NCBI GenBank assembly: GCA_963713975.1
Contig: OY970218.1
Span: 2,464,001 to 2,528,000, forward strand
DNA from: an uncultured Chloroflexia bacterium
GTDB taxonomy: Bacteria; Chloroflexota; Limnocylindria; Limnocylindrales; CSP1-4
Length of the DNA stretch: 64,000 nt
Direction: 5' to 3'
Each line of letters starts with the position of its first letter. The stretch's first letter is position 1. The position numbers were made by a program, and so were the translations under genes. Below the pieces are notes generated by a model. It worked only from the letters and a program-made list of their open reading frames with translations. It was not told where the DNA came from and made no database searches. Shown in pieces: positions 1 to 9,795 of this stretch.

Positions 1-2
1 GC

Positions 3-644
3 ACGGGCACGGTGCAGGCAGGTGGGCATCGGACGGTCATCGTGCTCCTGGCCGCCTGGGTCGTGCTGCTGGCCAGCAGCCAGGTCGTCGCGTCCGCGAC
101 CGGGCGACCGGACCTCGGCTTCCTCGCGGCCCTCGTGCGCGCGGGGGCGCTCGTGTTCGGCGGCGGCCACGTGGTGCTGCCGCTCCTGGACGCCGGCGTC
201 GTCGAGCCCGGATGGGTCACGCAGAACGCGTTCCTCGCCGGGTACGGCGCCGCCCAGGCGCTCCCCGGACCGCTGTTCACGTTCGCGGCCTACCTGGGCG
301 TCATCACGGCCTCTGGGCCTGGTGGCGTCGTGGGTGCGGTCACGGCCACCGTCGCGATCTTCCTGCCCGGATCGCTCCTCGTGCTAGCCCTGCTCCCGGT
401 GCTCCGGCAGCTACGTGAGCGGCCGGCAGTCGCGGCGGCCCTCGCGGGGACGAATGCCGCCGTCGTGGGATTGCTCGCGGCCGCGCTGGTCACGCCGGTC
501 GCGACGGGCGGCCTGACCTCGCCGGCGGCGTGGCTGGTCGCCGGCCTCGGAGCGGTCGGCCTCATCGGCGGTCGGGTGCCGCCGATCGTGGTGGTCGCCG
601 TCAGTGCTGCCGCGATGGCGCTCGTCGGGCTCGCGCAGGGCTGA
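3..644 (+). CDS. chrA: Chromate efflux transporter (CHR family), C-terminal part; probably 5'-truncated by the window edge
   Basis: CHR motifs GALVFGGGHVVLPLL and GYGAAQALPGPLFTFAAYLG; the frame is open from the window start. Confidence 0.9.
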   Translation, partial: TGTVQAGGHRTVIVLLAAWVVLLASSQVVASATGRPDLGFLAALVRAGALVFGGGHVVLPLLDAGVVEPGWVTQNAFLAGYGAAQALPGPLFTFAAYLGVITASGPGGVVGAVTATVAIFLPGSLLVLALLPVLRQLRERPAVAAALAGTNAAVVGLLAAALVTPVATGGLTSPAAWLVAGLGAVGLIGGRVPPIVVVAVSAAAMALVGLAQG

Positions 645-645
645 G

Positions 646-1035
646 TCAGCCTCCCGCCACGCCCGTGGTCCATAGCCCGAACAGGGCGCCCAGGGTGACG
701 ACGCCACCCGCGGCGACCCACCAGCCAACGCGGTCTGCGTGACGCCGCGCCGCCTCCAGACGCAGCCCGGGCACCGTCAGCACGGCGATCGCGGCGAACA
801 GGAAGTGGAGCGGGCTGGCAGGCGGTCCGACGCCGATCAGGATGCCGGGTCCGAGCATCAGGGCGACGACCGTCGCGCCGGTTAGCACGATGGCCAGCAG
901 GTCGAGCCAGGCCCGTGCGCGGATGACCCCCGCGCCGTCGAGGACTCCGAGGATCACGAGGACCACGGCGCTCACGGCCGCGACGATGGCAGCCCAGACG
1001 TGGGGGGCGACGAGCGCGGATCCGAGAGCTTCCAT
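646..1035 (-). CDS. Hypothetical membrane protein (about 4 TM)
   Basis: 129 aa with four hydrophobic segments; TACCGT -10-like hexamer 6 nt upstream of the ATG. Confidence 0.7.
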   Translation of the reverse strand: MEALGSALVAPHVWAAIVAAVSAVVLVILGVLDGAGVIRARAWLDLLAIVLTGATVVALMLGPGILIGVGPPASPLHFLFAAIAVLTVPGLRLEAARRHADRVGWWVAAGGVVTLGALFGLWTTGVAGG

Positions 1036-1154
1036 GCCTTCACGGTACCGCGAGCCGGCCTAGCGCGGACCGCGTTCACGCCCGGCTGTCGGCCAGGCGG
1101 GCCGGCCCCTGTCCTCTGACAGCAGGGACCCCTGTCTCCGAATATCAAGGGCGC

Positions 1155-1183
1155 TTGACGATGATTGCGGACGCACGTACGAT
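1155..1183 (+). promoter_or_regulatory. Sigma70-type promoter of the FTR1 gene
   Basis: TTGACG-N17-TACGAT upstream of the ATG at 1259. Confidence 0.65.
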
Positions 1184-1258
1184 GACGCCCGAAGTCACGC
1201 TCCCGATCCCGCAGGGCGTCCCCGCGCCCCGCCCATCCTGCGCTACCTGGAGCTCCAC

Positions 1259-2158
1259 ATGGACGTCGGGTCCTTTACCAGCGGCCTGCTCACCGGTCTT
1301 CGCGAAGGGGTCGAGGCGGCCCTGATCGTGAGCATCATCCTCACGTACCTCGTCCGCACCGGGAACCGTCGGCACTTCCCGATGATCTGGGTCGGCACCG
1401 GCGCGGCAGTGGCCCTCTCGCTCGTGGCGGGTGTCGGCCTGTTTGCCACGATCGGCGGTCTCGAGTCGCCCTACGAGCAGATCTTCGAGGGGCTCACGAT
1501 GCTGCTGGCCGCGGCCGTGGTGACGTGGATGCTGTTCTGGATGCGCCGCCAGGCCGGGTCCGCCCGGAACGAGCTCCAATCCTCCGTGGACCGGGCGCTC
1601 TCGCAGGGCAGCGCCGTCGGGCTTGCCATCCTCGCATTCACGGCCGTGATCCGCGAGGGGCTCGAGACCGCCTTGTTCCTGGTTGGCCAGGCGACATCCG
1701 CCGAAACGGCAGCGTCCGGCGTCCTCCTGGGGGCCCTCGTCGGGCTTGGGATCGCGGTGCTGCTCGGCATCGGGTTCTACCGCGGCGCGAAGCTCGTCAA
1801 CCTGCGCACCTTCTTCAAGTGGACGGGCATCGCGCTGATCTTCATTGCCGCCGGCCTGGTCTCGCGGGCGGTCCACGAGTTCGTGGAGATCGGCTGGATC
1901 ACGATCGGCACCTCGCAGGCATTCGACCTGTCGTCCGCGCTTCCGCACGCGGCCATCGAGGGTGCTCCAGGGGGCGTGGTCGTGGTGGCCGGGCAGTTCC
2001 TCCGGGCCCTGTTCGGCTACTCGTCGCAACCGGAGCTGATCACGTTCCTGGCCTGGGCGGGGTATGTCGTGATCGTGCTCATCCTGTACCTGCGGCCGCT
2101 GTCGCCCAGCCCGGCTCCGGTGGGAGCACCCAGCCCCGCGGCGGCCGGCAAGGGCTGA
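1259..2158 (+). CDS. FTR1/EfeU-family iron permease
   Basis: Two RExxE motifs (LREGVE, IREGLE) and about 7 TM helices. Confidence 0.92.
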   Translation: MDVGSFTSGLLTGLREGVEAALIVSIILTYLVRTGNRRHFPMIWVGTGAAVALSLVAGVGLFATIGGLESPYEQIFEGLTMLLAAAVVTWMLFWMRRQAGSARNELQSSVDRALSQGSAVGLAILAFTAVIREGLETALFLVGQATSAETAASGVLLGALVGLGIAVLLGIGFYRGAKLVNLRTFFKWTGIALIFIAAGLVSRAVHEFVEIGWITIGTSQAFDLSSALPHAAIEGAPGGVVVVAGQFLRALFGYSSQPELITFLAWAGYVVIVLILYLRPLSPSPAPVGAPSPAAAGKG

Positions 2159-2281
2159 TCCGCCCCCGGCGAAGTCGTGGTGGCACCTTGACCGGTCGGC
2201 GCCGTCCTCAGACGATACCGAGGAAGGTGCCTCGCACTCGGTCCCGGGATCGTGTGCGGTGCGGAACGCAGGGGGCGTCAA

Positions 2282-3202
2282 ATGCCCGCCGATCACCAGC
2301 CGCTCGCCCGTGGCGTCCCGTTCTGGCGCTGGGCAGCCGTCACGATGCTTTCGATCGCGCTCGCGGCCTGTGCCCAGCCGCCGGAGGGCTCGTCCCCGGG
2401 TGCATGGCCGGATGGCCCCGTCGTGCACGAGGTCGGCCCCGACTTCGGCGCGCGTCCGCCGGGCCCGCTTATCAAGCTGGAGTCGGGCCGTCTGTCCGAT
2501 GACGGGACCACGATCACGGTCATCTTCACCGCGGGCAAGCCATTCGACCCCGCGAACCCCTGCGCTCGGGAGGACATCCGGGCTTGGGCCGGTCCCGATG
2601 ACGAGGGCGGGCTGGGTGTCGCGGTCGGCAGCTTCACGGTGCCCAGCGCAGCCACCTTCGCGCCCGACGGCAGGCTCATGGGGTGCACGCTCGAGGGCTG
2701 GACGCACGAGGCCCACCTGCACCTGGCCGCTCCGTATGCCGGCCGCTCGATCCGGGATCTTGCCGCCAACCGCGTCCTGTGGGTCGATCCGCCGGAGCCC
2801 TACATCGTGCCCGGCGGCCTGCCCGACGGCTGGGTGCTCGAGCAGGACTTCTCGTCGGGATGGGAGACGCCGGCCGTCTGGACGTCCGTCTTCGCCGCTC
2901 CCGACGTCAACCCCGACTTCGGCTGGGGTGACCCGGGGCACCTGGTGCTGCGCCAGGGACTCGAAGGTGCACCCGCAGCCGTGCTCGAGGATCCCGCGAC
3001 AGCCGAGCACGTGACCGTGGCTGGCCGGGCCTGCACCCTGCGTCGCGACGCCGTCAGCGGCCAGCTCGAGCTCGCCTGGTCCTTCGACGGCGTGCCGCTG
3101 CTGCTGACCGGCTACGAGCAGGACCTCACCAGGGAGACGTTCCTCGCATTCGCCGCGGCCCTGCGACGCGACGACCAGCCTCGACCGGTGTCCACGCCGT
3201 AG
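2282..3202 (+). CDS. Hypothetical lipoprotein
   Basis: Signal peptide with lipobox LAAC; start moved to ATG 2282. Confidence 0.6.
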   Translation: MPADHQPLARGVPFWRWAAVTMLSIALAACAQPPEGSSPGAWPDGPVVHEVGPDFGARPPGPLIKLESGRLSDDGTTITVIFTAGKPFDPANPCAREDIRAWAGPDDEGGLGVAVGSFTVPSAATFAPDGRLMGCTLEGWTHEAHLHLAAPYAGRSIRDLAANRVLWVDPPEPYIVPGGLPDGWVLEQDFSSGWETPAVWTSVFAAPDVNPDFGWGDPGHLVLRQGLEGAPAAVLEDPATAEHVTVAGRACTLRRDAVSGQLELAWSFDGVPLLLTGYEQDLTRETFLAFAAALRRDDQPRPVSTP

Positions 3203-3235
3203 GAGGACGCGGGCCGGGTGCTCCCAGGCCAGGCG

Positions 3236-4531
3236 TCAGCTGCCGGTCACCAGGCGCAGGACGCGACCCGACAGGTCGGTCAGGTAGACCTCGCCGTCCT
3301 CACCGGTCCCGATCGAGCTGATCGATGCGCCGGTCTCCAGAAGCGTGACCGGCGCCTGGGCGTCCTGGAGTCCCGCGTCGAGGCCCCACAGGGTTCCGCT
3401 GCAGTAATCCGAGAACAGGTATCCGCCCTGCAGCGGCGGGATCTCGTTGCCGCGATAGACAACCCCGCCGATCACCGAGCAGCCGGCTCCGTGCCCATAC
3501 TCGGCGACGGGCATCGTCACGCCCGCCGGGTCGCAGCCGGTCGCCGGTTCGTAGCAGTGCCGACCCTCCCAACGACGCCAGCCGAAGTCGAGGCCGCGCG
3601 CGTCGGCAGAGGCGGTGTCGACCTCTTCCCACGCGTTCTGGCCCACATCCCCGATCCAGAGGTCGCCGGTGGCCGGGTCGATGCTCGCCCGGAACGGGTT
3701 GCGCAGGCCAAGGTGCATGATCTCCGCCCGGGCGCCGGTGCGGCTCGCATATGGGTTGTCGGCGGGGATCAGGTACGGATCACCGCCGGTTGCTCCGAGG
3801 ACGTCGAGCCGCAGCATCTTGCCCAGGAGCTGGGACGGGTCCGACGCGCGGTTCTCGGGGTCGCCGCCCGCGCCACCATCGCCGAGGGCGACGAGCAGCA
3901 TGCCGGTCTTGTCGAAGCCGATCCAGCCGCCGTTGTGGTTGCTGTAGGGCTGGGGCTCGGTGAGGATGACGCGCTCCGAGGCCGGGTCGAGCTGGTTCGT
4001 GTCATGGGGATCGAGGCGGAACGCGCTGATCACGGTCGCGCCGTCCCTCCCCGAGTAGTGGACGTAGACCTCCGGGCGTGCGGGCCCGAACCCGGGCGGG
4101 AACGCGACACCCAGCAGGCCGCGCTCGCCGCCGGCAGTGACGCGGTCCTTGATGTCCAGGAACGGGGTTGCCGCGAGCGCGCCTTCGGACACGATCCGGA
4201 TCCTGCCGGGCTGCTCGGCCACGAACAGGCGGTTCGAACCGTCCCCGGCGTTGGTGACCCAGACCGGATTGTCGAGGCCTTCGACGAGGGGCTCGACGGC
4301 AACCTTCACGCCTGCGAGGTCGGGACGATCCGGGGCGGCCGGGGTTCCGCCCGGAGATCCCGCCGGATTCCCGCCGGGAGTCCCGCTTGGCGCGACCGGT
4401 GCCGTGGAGGGGACCGCGGTCGCGGCAGACTCCGGCGCCGACGAGGTCGCCCCTCCGCAGCCCACCGCCAGGAGCGCCACGAGGGCCAGGGTCGCGAGCG
4501 GGGGCAGGGTGATCATGCGGTGCATCGTCAA
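3236..4531 (-). CDS. PQQ-dependent sugar dehydrogenase (GSDH family), lipoprotein
   Basis: GERGLLG, NHNGG, GLRNPFR and WIGDVGQ motifs; lipobox AVGC. Confidence 0.9.
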   Translation of the reverse strand: MTMHRMITLPPLATLALVALLAVGCGGATSSAPESAATAVPSTAPVAPSGTPGGNPAGSPGGTPAAPDRPDLAGVKVAVEPLVEGLDNPVWVTNAGDGSNRLFVAEQPGRIRIVSEGALAATPFLDIKDRVTAGGERGLLGVAFPPGFGPARPEVYVHYSGRDGATVISAFRLDPHDTNQLDPASERVILTEPQPYSNHNGGWIGFDKTGMLLVALGDGGAGGDPENRASDPSQLLGKMLRLDVLGATGGDPYLIPADNPYASRTGARAEIMHLGLRNPFRASIDPATGDLWIGDVGQNAWEEVDTASADARGLDFGWRRWEGRHCYEPATGCDPAGVTMPVAEYGHGAGCSVIGGVVYRGNEIPPLQGGYLFSDYCSGTLWGLDAGLQDAQAPVTLLETGASISSIGTGEDGEVYLTDLSGRVLRLVTGS

Positions 4532-5271
4532 CCTGTATCACGCAGCCGATCGACGCGCGCGGCGAAGGCCTCCGCCAGCAGGGCGTTCGAGCCGTCCTCG
4601 TCGTGGCGGAGCACCACGTAGGCATCCATGCCGTCATCGAGGAACGGGACGAGGCGCGCGGCCCAGGCGTCCAGCGCTGCCTCGTCGTAGACCGAGCGCC
4701 GGAGCCGCAGGTACAGGAACGGGCCAGTGCGGCGGATGTCGGGTGTCTCCTCCTGGTCGTCGAGGTCGGTCGTGCACAGGACTGCACCGGCCGCGCGCAG
4801 GGCCGCGAATGTCTCGTCGACGTGCCAGCTCGGGTGCTGCGCCTCGACCACGAGGGGGATCGATGCCGGCCACGCGGCGAGCAGCCCGGCCAGGCGTTCG
4901 TCGTCCCGGGCTGACGGGCCGGCGATGCGGAACAGCACCCCGCCCAGCCGCGCCCCGAAGCCGGGCAGCGACTCCGTGAGCCACGGGACGGACTCGGTCG
5001 GGTCACCGTACAGGGCACGGACACTGGCGCCGCGCTGCGCCTTCACGATGAAGCGGAAGCCCGGCGGCGTGGCGGCGCACCAGGCGTCGATCCTCGCGGT
5101 GGTCGGGCGCGCATAGAAGGTGTTGTTCAGCTCCAGGGCGGGGAGGCGCCCGGCGTAGTGGGGGAGCAGGTCGCGTGACCGTGCGCGGACCGGGTAGAAG
5201 CGAGGAGCCCAGGCCGGGTAGGCGAAGCCGCTCGTCCCGGCGTACAGGATGCCCGGGTGCCGCACCGGCAC
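4528..5271 (-). CDS. DUF72-family protein
   Basis: GTSGFAY..W, ELNNTFY and YLRLR motifs; GTG start inferred just after the MarR gene. Confidence 0.88.
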   Translation of the reverse strand: MPVRHPGILYAGTSGFAYPAWAPRFYPVRARSRDLLPHYAGRLPALELNNTFYARPTTARIDAWCAATPPGFRFIVKAQRGASVRALYGDPTESVPWLTESLPGFGARLGGVLFRIAGPSARDDERLAGLLAAWPASIPLVVEAQHPSWHVDETFAALRAAGAVLCTTDLDDQEETPDIRRTGPFLYLRLRRSVYDEAALDAWAARLVPFLDDGMDAYVVLRHDEDGSNALLAEAFAARVDRLRDTG

Positions 5272-5282
5272 CGGTGCCGGCG

Positions 5283-5834
5283 TCAGGCCTTGTCCGTGGC
5301 GCACACGGAATCCTCGAGCGCGTCGCGCCCGAGCTCGTCCAGGATATCCGTGCAGCCGCGCTGGATCGCCGCCCGGTCCTGGTCCCGGGTCGGCGCAAGG
5401 AAGTACCGCTGCACGCCGTCCAGGTGGGTCCGTGAGGCGGCGCGCAGGCGTTCCAGGCCGGCCGTCGTCAGCGCCGCCTCCGCACCGCGCGCATCGGTCG
5501 TGCAGGCGGAGCGCGTCACCATTCCCGCCGCCTCGAGACGGTCCACGAGGCGCGTGATCCCGCTGCGGGACAGCAGCACGCGCTCCGCGAGGACGCTCAT
5601 CCGGAGCCGCCGGCCGGGAGCGTTCACCAGCTGGAGCAGCGCGTCGTACTCGGCGAGGGAGAGGTGGTGCGCCTCCTGCAGCTCGTCGTCCAGGCGGCGT
5701 TGCAGGCGCGCATTCGCGTGGATGAACGACCGCCATGCGCCGAGGCGCGGGTCGTCGGGGGCGGGCGCGGGCGTGCCGGGAGCCGTGGTCGCCGCGAGTG
5801 CCGTGTTCGTGCCTGCGGCGAGATCGGAGGTCAT
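5283..5834 (-). CDS. MarR-family transcriptional regulator
   Basis: wHTH region LRMSVLAERVLLSRSGITRLVDRLE...DARG; TAGGAT hexamer 6 nt upstream of the ATG. Confidence 0.92.
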   Translation of the reverse strand: MTSDLAAGTNTALAATTAPGTPAPAPDDPRLGAWRSFIHANARLQRRLDDELQEAHHLSLAEYDALLQLVNAPGRRLRMSVLAERVLLSRSGITRLVDRLEAAGMVTRSACTTDARGAEAALTTAGLERLRAASRTHLDGVQRYFLAPTRDQDRAAIQRGCTDILDELGRDALEDSVCATDKA

Positions 5835-5862
5835 GGCGTCATCCTAACGCATCCCGGAGATA

Positions 5863-5876
5863 GTTGACACCGCAAC
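5863..5876. promoter_or_regulatory. Candidate MarR operator
   Basis: Palindrome GTTG-N6-CAAC in the divergent marR / desulfurase intergenic region. Confidence 0.4.
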
Positions 5877-6004
5877 GAGCCGAACCGGCTGCACAAGGGG
5901 CGGCCCGGCCGCGACCCCTCAGCGGCCGCCGGCCGCCCGGCGCCAACCCGCGCCGCGTCCTCCCTCGCGGTACGATCGATACCCCGACCCAGCGCGAGGA
6001 TCCC

Positions 6005-7267
6005 ATGCCGCAGTTCGACGTCCAGGCGCTCCGCGCCCGTTTTCCGGCCTTGGCCATCGAGCAGGACGGCGTCCCAGTGGCGCTGTTCGACGGACCCGGC
6101 GGCACGCAGGTCCCGGACTCGGTGATCGAGGCCGTCTCCGCCTACTACCGGACCTCCAACGCGAACCACGACGGGACGTTCCTCACCTCGCGCCGCAGCG
6201 ACGCGATCGTCGAGGACGCGCATGCCGCGCTCGCCGACCTGCTCAACGCCGCGGACCCATCGGAGATCAAGCTCGGCGCGAACATGACCTCGCTCACGAT
6301 GCACTTCTCGCGGTCGATCGCAGCCTCGCTGCAGCCGGGCGACGAGATCGTGGTCACCTCCCTCGACCACGAGGGGAACGTGGGCCCCTGGCGCAGCGCG
6401 GCGGCGGACCGGGGACTGGTCGTCCGGACCGTGGACGTGCGCCCGGACGACGTCACGCTCGACATCGAGGCGTTCGACGCCATCCTGCACGGGCGCCCGA
6501 AGCTGGTGGCCTTCGGCTGGGCGTCGAACGCGGTGGGGACGATCAACCCGGTCGCGGAGCTGGTCCGCCGCGCCCATGAGGCGGGCGCGCTGACCTTCGT
6601 GGACGCGGTCCACGCCGCGCCGCACCTGCCCATCGACGTCCAGGCCATCGGCACCGACTTCCTCGCCTGCTCGGTCTACAAGTTCTTCGGCCCGCATGTC
6701 GGCGTGCTCTACGGACGCGCCGACGCCATGGCGGCCCTGCCGACCTACCGGCTGCGCGTCGCCCACGACCACTTCGAGACCGGCACGCTCAACTTCGAGG
6801 GCATCGCCGGGTCGCGGGCGGCGGTGGAGTACATCGCGGACGTGGGTCGTGCCTTTGGCGCCCAGTTCGAGGACCAGTTCCCTGGCATGACGGGCCGTCG
6901 CCTCGCTGTCCATGCGGGCCTGGCGGCCATTCGCGCCTACGAGATGCCCCTGTTCGGCCGCCTGCTCGATGGCCTGGAGGCGATCCCCGGCGCGAAGGTG
7001 TGGGGGATCTCGGATCGCTCCCGCTTCGAGGAGCGCACGCCAACTGCCGCCGTGACGTTCACCGGGACCAGCCCGGAGGAGGTCTCGATTGCCCTGGGTG
7101 ATCGTGGCATCGCCACCTGGTGGGGCAACTTCTACGCGGCGGGCGTCGTGGAGCGGCTCGGCCTGGAGCCGCGCGGCGTGCTGCGCATCGGCCTGACCCA
7201 CTACAACACGGCGGCCGAGGTGGACCGCCTGCTGGCCGAGCTGCGGGACATCACGGCGAGCGCGTGA
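6005..7267 (+). CDS. Cysteine desulfurase-like protein (aminotransferase class V)
   Basis: FDGPGGTQVP, LDHEGN, DAVH, PLP lysine motif CSVYKFFGPH, FETGT. Confidence 0.9.
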   Translation: MPQFDVQALRARFPALAIEQDGVPVALFDGPGGTQVPDSVIEAVSAYYRTSNANHDGTFLTSRRSDAIVEDAHAALADLLNAADPSEIKLGANMTSLTMHFSRSIAASLQPGDEIVVTSLDHEGNVGPWRSAAADRGLVVRTVDVRPDDVTLDIEAFDAILHGRPKLVAFGWASNAVGTINPVAELVRRAHEAGALTFVDAVHAAPHLPIDVQAIGTDFLACSVYKFFGPHVGVLYGRADAMAALPTYRLRVAHDHFETGTLNFEGIAGSRAAVEYIADVGRAFGAQFEDQFPGMTGRRLAVHAGLAAIRAYEMPLFGRLLDGLEAIPGAKVWGISDRSRFEERTPTAAVTFTGTSPEEVSIALGDRGIATWWGNFYAAGVVERLGLEPRGVLRIGLTHYNTAAEVDRLLAELRDITASA

Positions 7268-7537
7268 GGCGTCTCCCGCCGGCCCGGCCCCGCGTCGGCC
7301 ACCGGCGGCGCGCCCGCGTGGGCCTCCCGGCGGCCCGTTTGGCGCCGGGAGACGACATCCTCCTCGCACCAGCGAGCAATCAGGGGCGAACCGGGCCCTC
7401 TGTCCCCCCAATGCTCGCCATCGGCGAGCGATCCAGCGATCACTGCCGTCGCCTGGACCGCCTGGCGGCCGGGTCTGCGGCGTCCGGTCGGGTGGCGGAC
7501 GTGAGGCATCTGCCGCGGTCGCGGCCCCGCGTCGGCC
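7263..7537. repeat. 38-bp imperfect direct repeats (7263-7300 and 7500-7537) flanking a palindromic insert
   Basis: 33/38 identity by manual alignment; inner inverted repeat GCGAGCA (7372) / TGCTCGC (7412). Confidence 0.6.
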
Positions 7538-7549
7538 GCGGTTGCCGCC

Positions 7550-8791
7550 CTAGTTGGACGCGAGCCGGTACACCGCGCCGTTGAGATCGGCGAGGAACAG
7601 CTCGCCGGCGTCGTTCTCGCCAAACCCGCTGACCAGGCGCCCGGAGCCGGCGCCAAGGAGCCGGACCGGCGTGGCGGGCTTGGACGCCGTGGATGACACG
7701 GCCCAGACCTCGCCGCTGCAGTAGTCGCCGTAGACGTACCAGCCGCGGAGCGCCGCGATGGCCGAGCCGCGGTACACGTTGCCGCCGGTGATCGAGCACC
7801 GGCCGTTCGATCCATGCGCGTACTCGACCAATGGTGTCCGCTTGGCGCTCTTCGAGCACCCGCTGGACGGCTTGTAGCAGTGGCGACCCTCCATCACCCG
7901 CCAGCCCCAGTTGACGGCGCGACCGGGCCCGGAGCTCGTGCGGACGGCTCGGTCCACCTCCTCGTACTTGTTCTGCCCCACGTCGCCGATCCACAGGTTG
8001 CCGTTGGCGCGGTCGAAGGAGAAGCGCCACGGGTTCCGCAGGCCGCGCTGCCAGATCTCGTTGCGACCGGGCCGTCCGACATACGGGTTGGACGCCGGGA
8101 CCTTGTACGGCTTGCTCGCGGTCCTGCCATTCACGTTGATGCGCAGCATCTTGCCCAGCAGGCTCGAGGTGCTCTGCGCACGATTGCCGGGGTCGCCGCC
8201 GCTGCCCCCGTCGCCCGTGCCGATGTAGAGGTAGCCGTCCTTCCCGAAGGCGAGCATGCCGCCGTTGTGGTTCGAGTACGGCTGCTTGATCGTGAGCAGC
8301 GTCCGGCCCGAGCCCGAGGCCACGACATCCGGGTTCGACGCCGATGCCTTGTACTCGCGGATCACCGTGTTGCCGCTGGTATTCGTGTAGTTCACGTAGA
8401 ACTTGCGGTTGGTCTTGAACGACGGGTGGAACGCGAGCCCGAGCAGTCCCTGCTCACTGCCCTTGGAGACCGCGGCAGAGAGGTTGAGGAACGACGCGGA
8501 GAGCAGCGAGCCGCCCTTCACGATCCGGATGTGGCCGCCCTTGGAGACGATGAACAGCCGGTTGGTTCCGTCGCGGGGACTTGTGACCAGGACCGGCTTG
8601 GCCACGTCGGCCACCTTGACCAGTCGGACGGTGGACGACGTCGGGGCTGCCGGGGCAATCGATCCGTCGACAAGCCGCGTCGGGAAAGCGGCGGCGCCCA
8701 CCTGGCCGGGGAGGGAACCCGCGAGCAACAGGCCGCCGAGGATCGCGATGCCGGCGGCGTGGATGTGGCGGAAGGGTGTCGGATGTCGCAT
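7550..8791 (-). CDS. PQQ-dependent sugar dehydrogenase (GSDH family), secreted, second paralog
   Basis: EQGLLG, NHNGG, GLRNPWR and WIGDVGQ motifs; signal peptide. Confidence 0.9.
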   Translation of the reverse strand: MRHPTPFRHIHAAGIAILGGLLLAGSLPGQVGAAAFPTRLVDGSIAPAAPTSSTVRLVKVADVAKPVLVTSPRDGTNRLFIVSKGGHIRIVKGGSLLSASFLNLSAAVSKGSEQGLLGLAFHPSFKTNRKFYVNYTNTSGNTVIREYKASASNPDVVASGSGRTLLTIKQPYSNHNGGMLAFGKDGYLYIGTGDGGSGGDPGNRAQSTSSLLGKMLRINVNGRTASKPYKVPASNPYVGRPGRNEIWQRGLRNPWRFSFDRANGNLWIGDVGQNKYEEVDRAVRTSSGPGRAVNWGWRVMEGRHCYKPSSGCSKSAKRTPLVEYAHGSNGRCSITGGNVYRGSAIAALRGWYVYGDYCSGEVWAVSSTASKPATPVRLLGAGSGRLVSGFGENDAGELFLADLNGAVYRLASN

Positions 8792-8925
8792 CGGCCTGCC
8801 TGCTGTCTGGGGTCGCGTGAGGTGCCATCCTGCCCTCGGACGCCGATCCTGTCGACTCCACCCGCTGGCGGGGTGATCGCATGACGGCTGGGCGGTCCAC
8901 CCCACGGCCACCGTATCCTCGCGGC

Positions 8926-9795
8926 ATGCAGGAGATGCGTGACCGCGCCTGGGGCGCGCAGAGCATGACGGCACCGCTCCGCGAGGTGCTGGTGAAGTCC
9001 CCCGGACCCGCGTTCGCGCGGGCCTTCGAGGATCCGGCGACGGGCTTCCTCAGGCCGGTCGATGCGGAGCGGGCCCGTCGCGAGCACGACGGGCTCATCG
9101 AGATGCTGGATCGCCTGGGCGCTACCGTCCACGTGCTGGACGCGGAGACGGCCGATCCCGACCTCGTCTACGTGTTCGATCCGCTCCTGGTCGCCGACGG
9201 CGGCGCCATCCCGCTCCGTCCCGGCAAGCCGAACCGGGCGGGCGAGCCCGAGGTCCTGGAGACCTGGACCCAGGCCCGCGGGATCCCGACCCTGGGCAGC
9301 ATCGAGGCCCCGGGGACGATCGAAGGGGGCGACACGTTCTGGCTGCGTCCCGACCTGCTGTGCATCGGACGTTCGCTGCGGACCAACGATGCCGGCGCCC
9401 GCCAGCTGGCCGAGATCGTCGGCGGGGACGTACGGGTCTTCGACCTCCCGTACTGGAAGGGGCCCGCGGAGCTCGTGCACCTGCTGTCGGTCATCTCTCC
9501 CGTGGCCGACGACCTCGCCGCCGTGTACCTGCCGCTGCTGCCGGTCGGGCTGTACGAGCTGCTGGCGGATCTGGGCGTGCGCCTGGTGGAGGTCCCGGAC
9601 GAGGAATACCCGACCCTGGGCTGCAACGTGCTCACCGTTCGACCCGGCGTGGTGATCGTGGCCGAGGGCAACGAGGTGACCCGTCGTCGCCTCGAGGCGG
9701 CCGGCTGCGAGGTGCACGCGATCCCGTTGGGCGAGGTGGGGGAGAACGGCTCCGGTGGCGCCACCTGCCTCACGCGCCCCGTGCTCCGCGGATGA
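8926..9795 (+). CDS. Amidinotransferase/DDAH (pentein) family hydrolase
   Basis: IEGGD, His in VHL, C-terminal GSGGATCLT with catalytic Cys; TATCCT 6 nt upstream of the ATG. Confidence 0.88.
   Translation: MQEMRDRAWGAQSMTAPLREVLVKSPGPAFARAFEDPATGFLRPVDAERARREHDGLIEMLDRLGATVHVLDAETADPDLVYVFDPLLVADGGAIPLRPGKPNRAGEPEVLETWTQARGIPTLGSIEAPGTIEGGDTFWLRPDLLCIGRSLRTNDAGARQLAEIVGGDVRVFDLPYWKGPAELVHLLSVISPVADDLAAVYLPLLPVGLYELLADLGVRLVEVPDEEYPTLGCNVLTVRPGVVIVAEGNEVTRRRLEAAGCEVHAIPLGEVGENGSGGATCLTRPVLRG

Noticed and set aside
1155-1175. Fur/IdeR box at the FTR1 promoter
   Set aside because: TGACGATGATTG is only a partial, non-palindromic match
2181-2231. GGCACCTT/AAGGTGCC inverted repeat after the FTR1 gene
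   Set aside because: Single 8-bp stem with a long loop and no second copy seen; not enough to call
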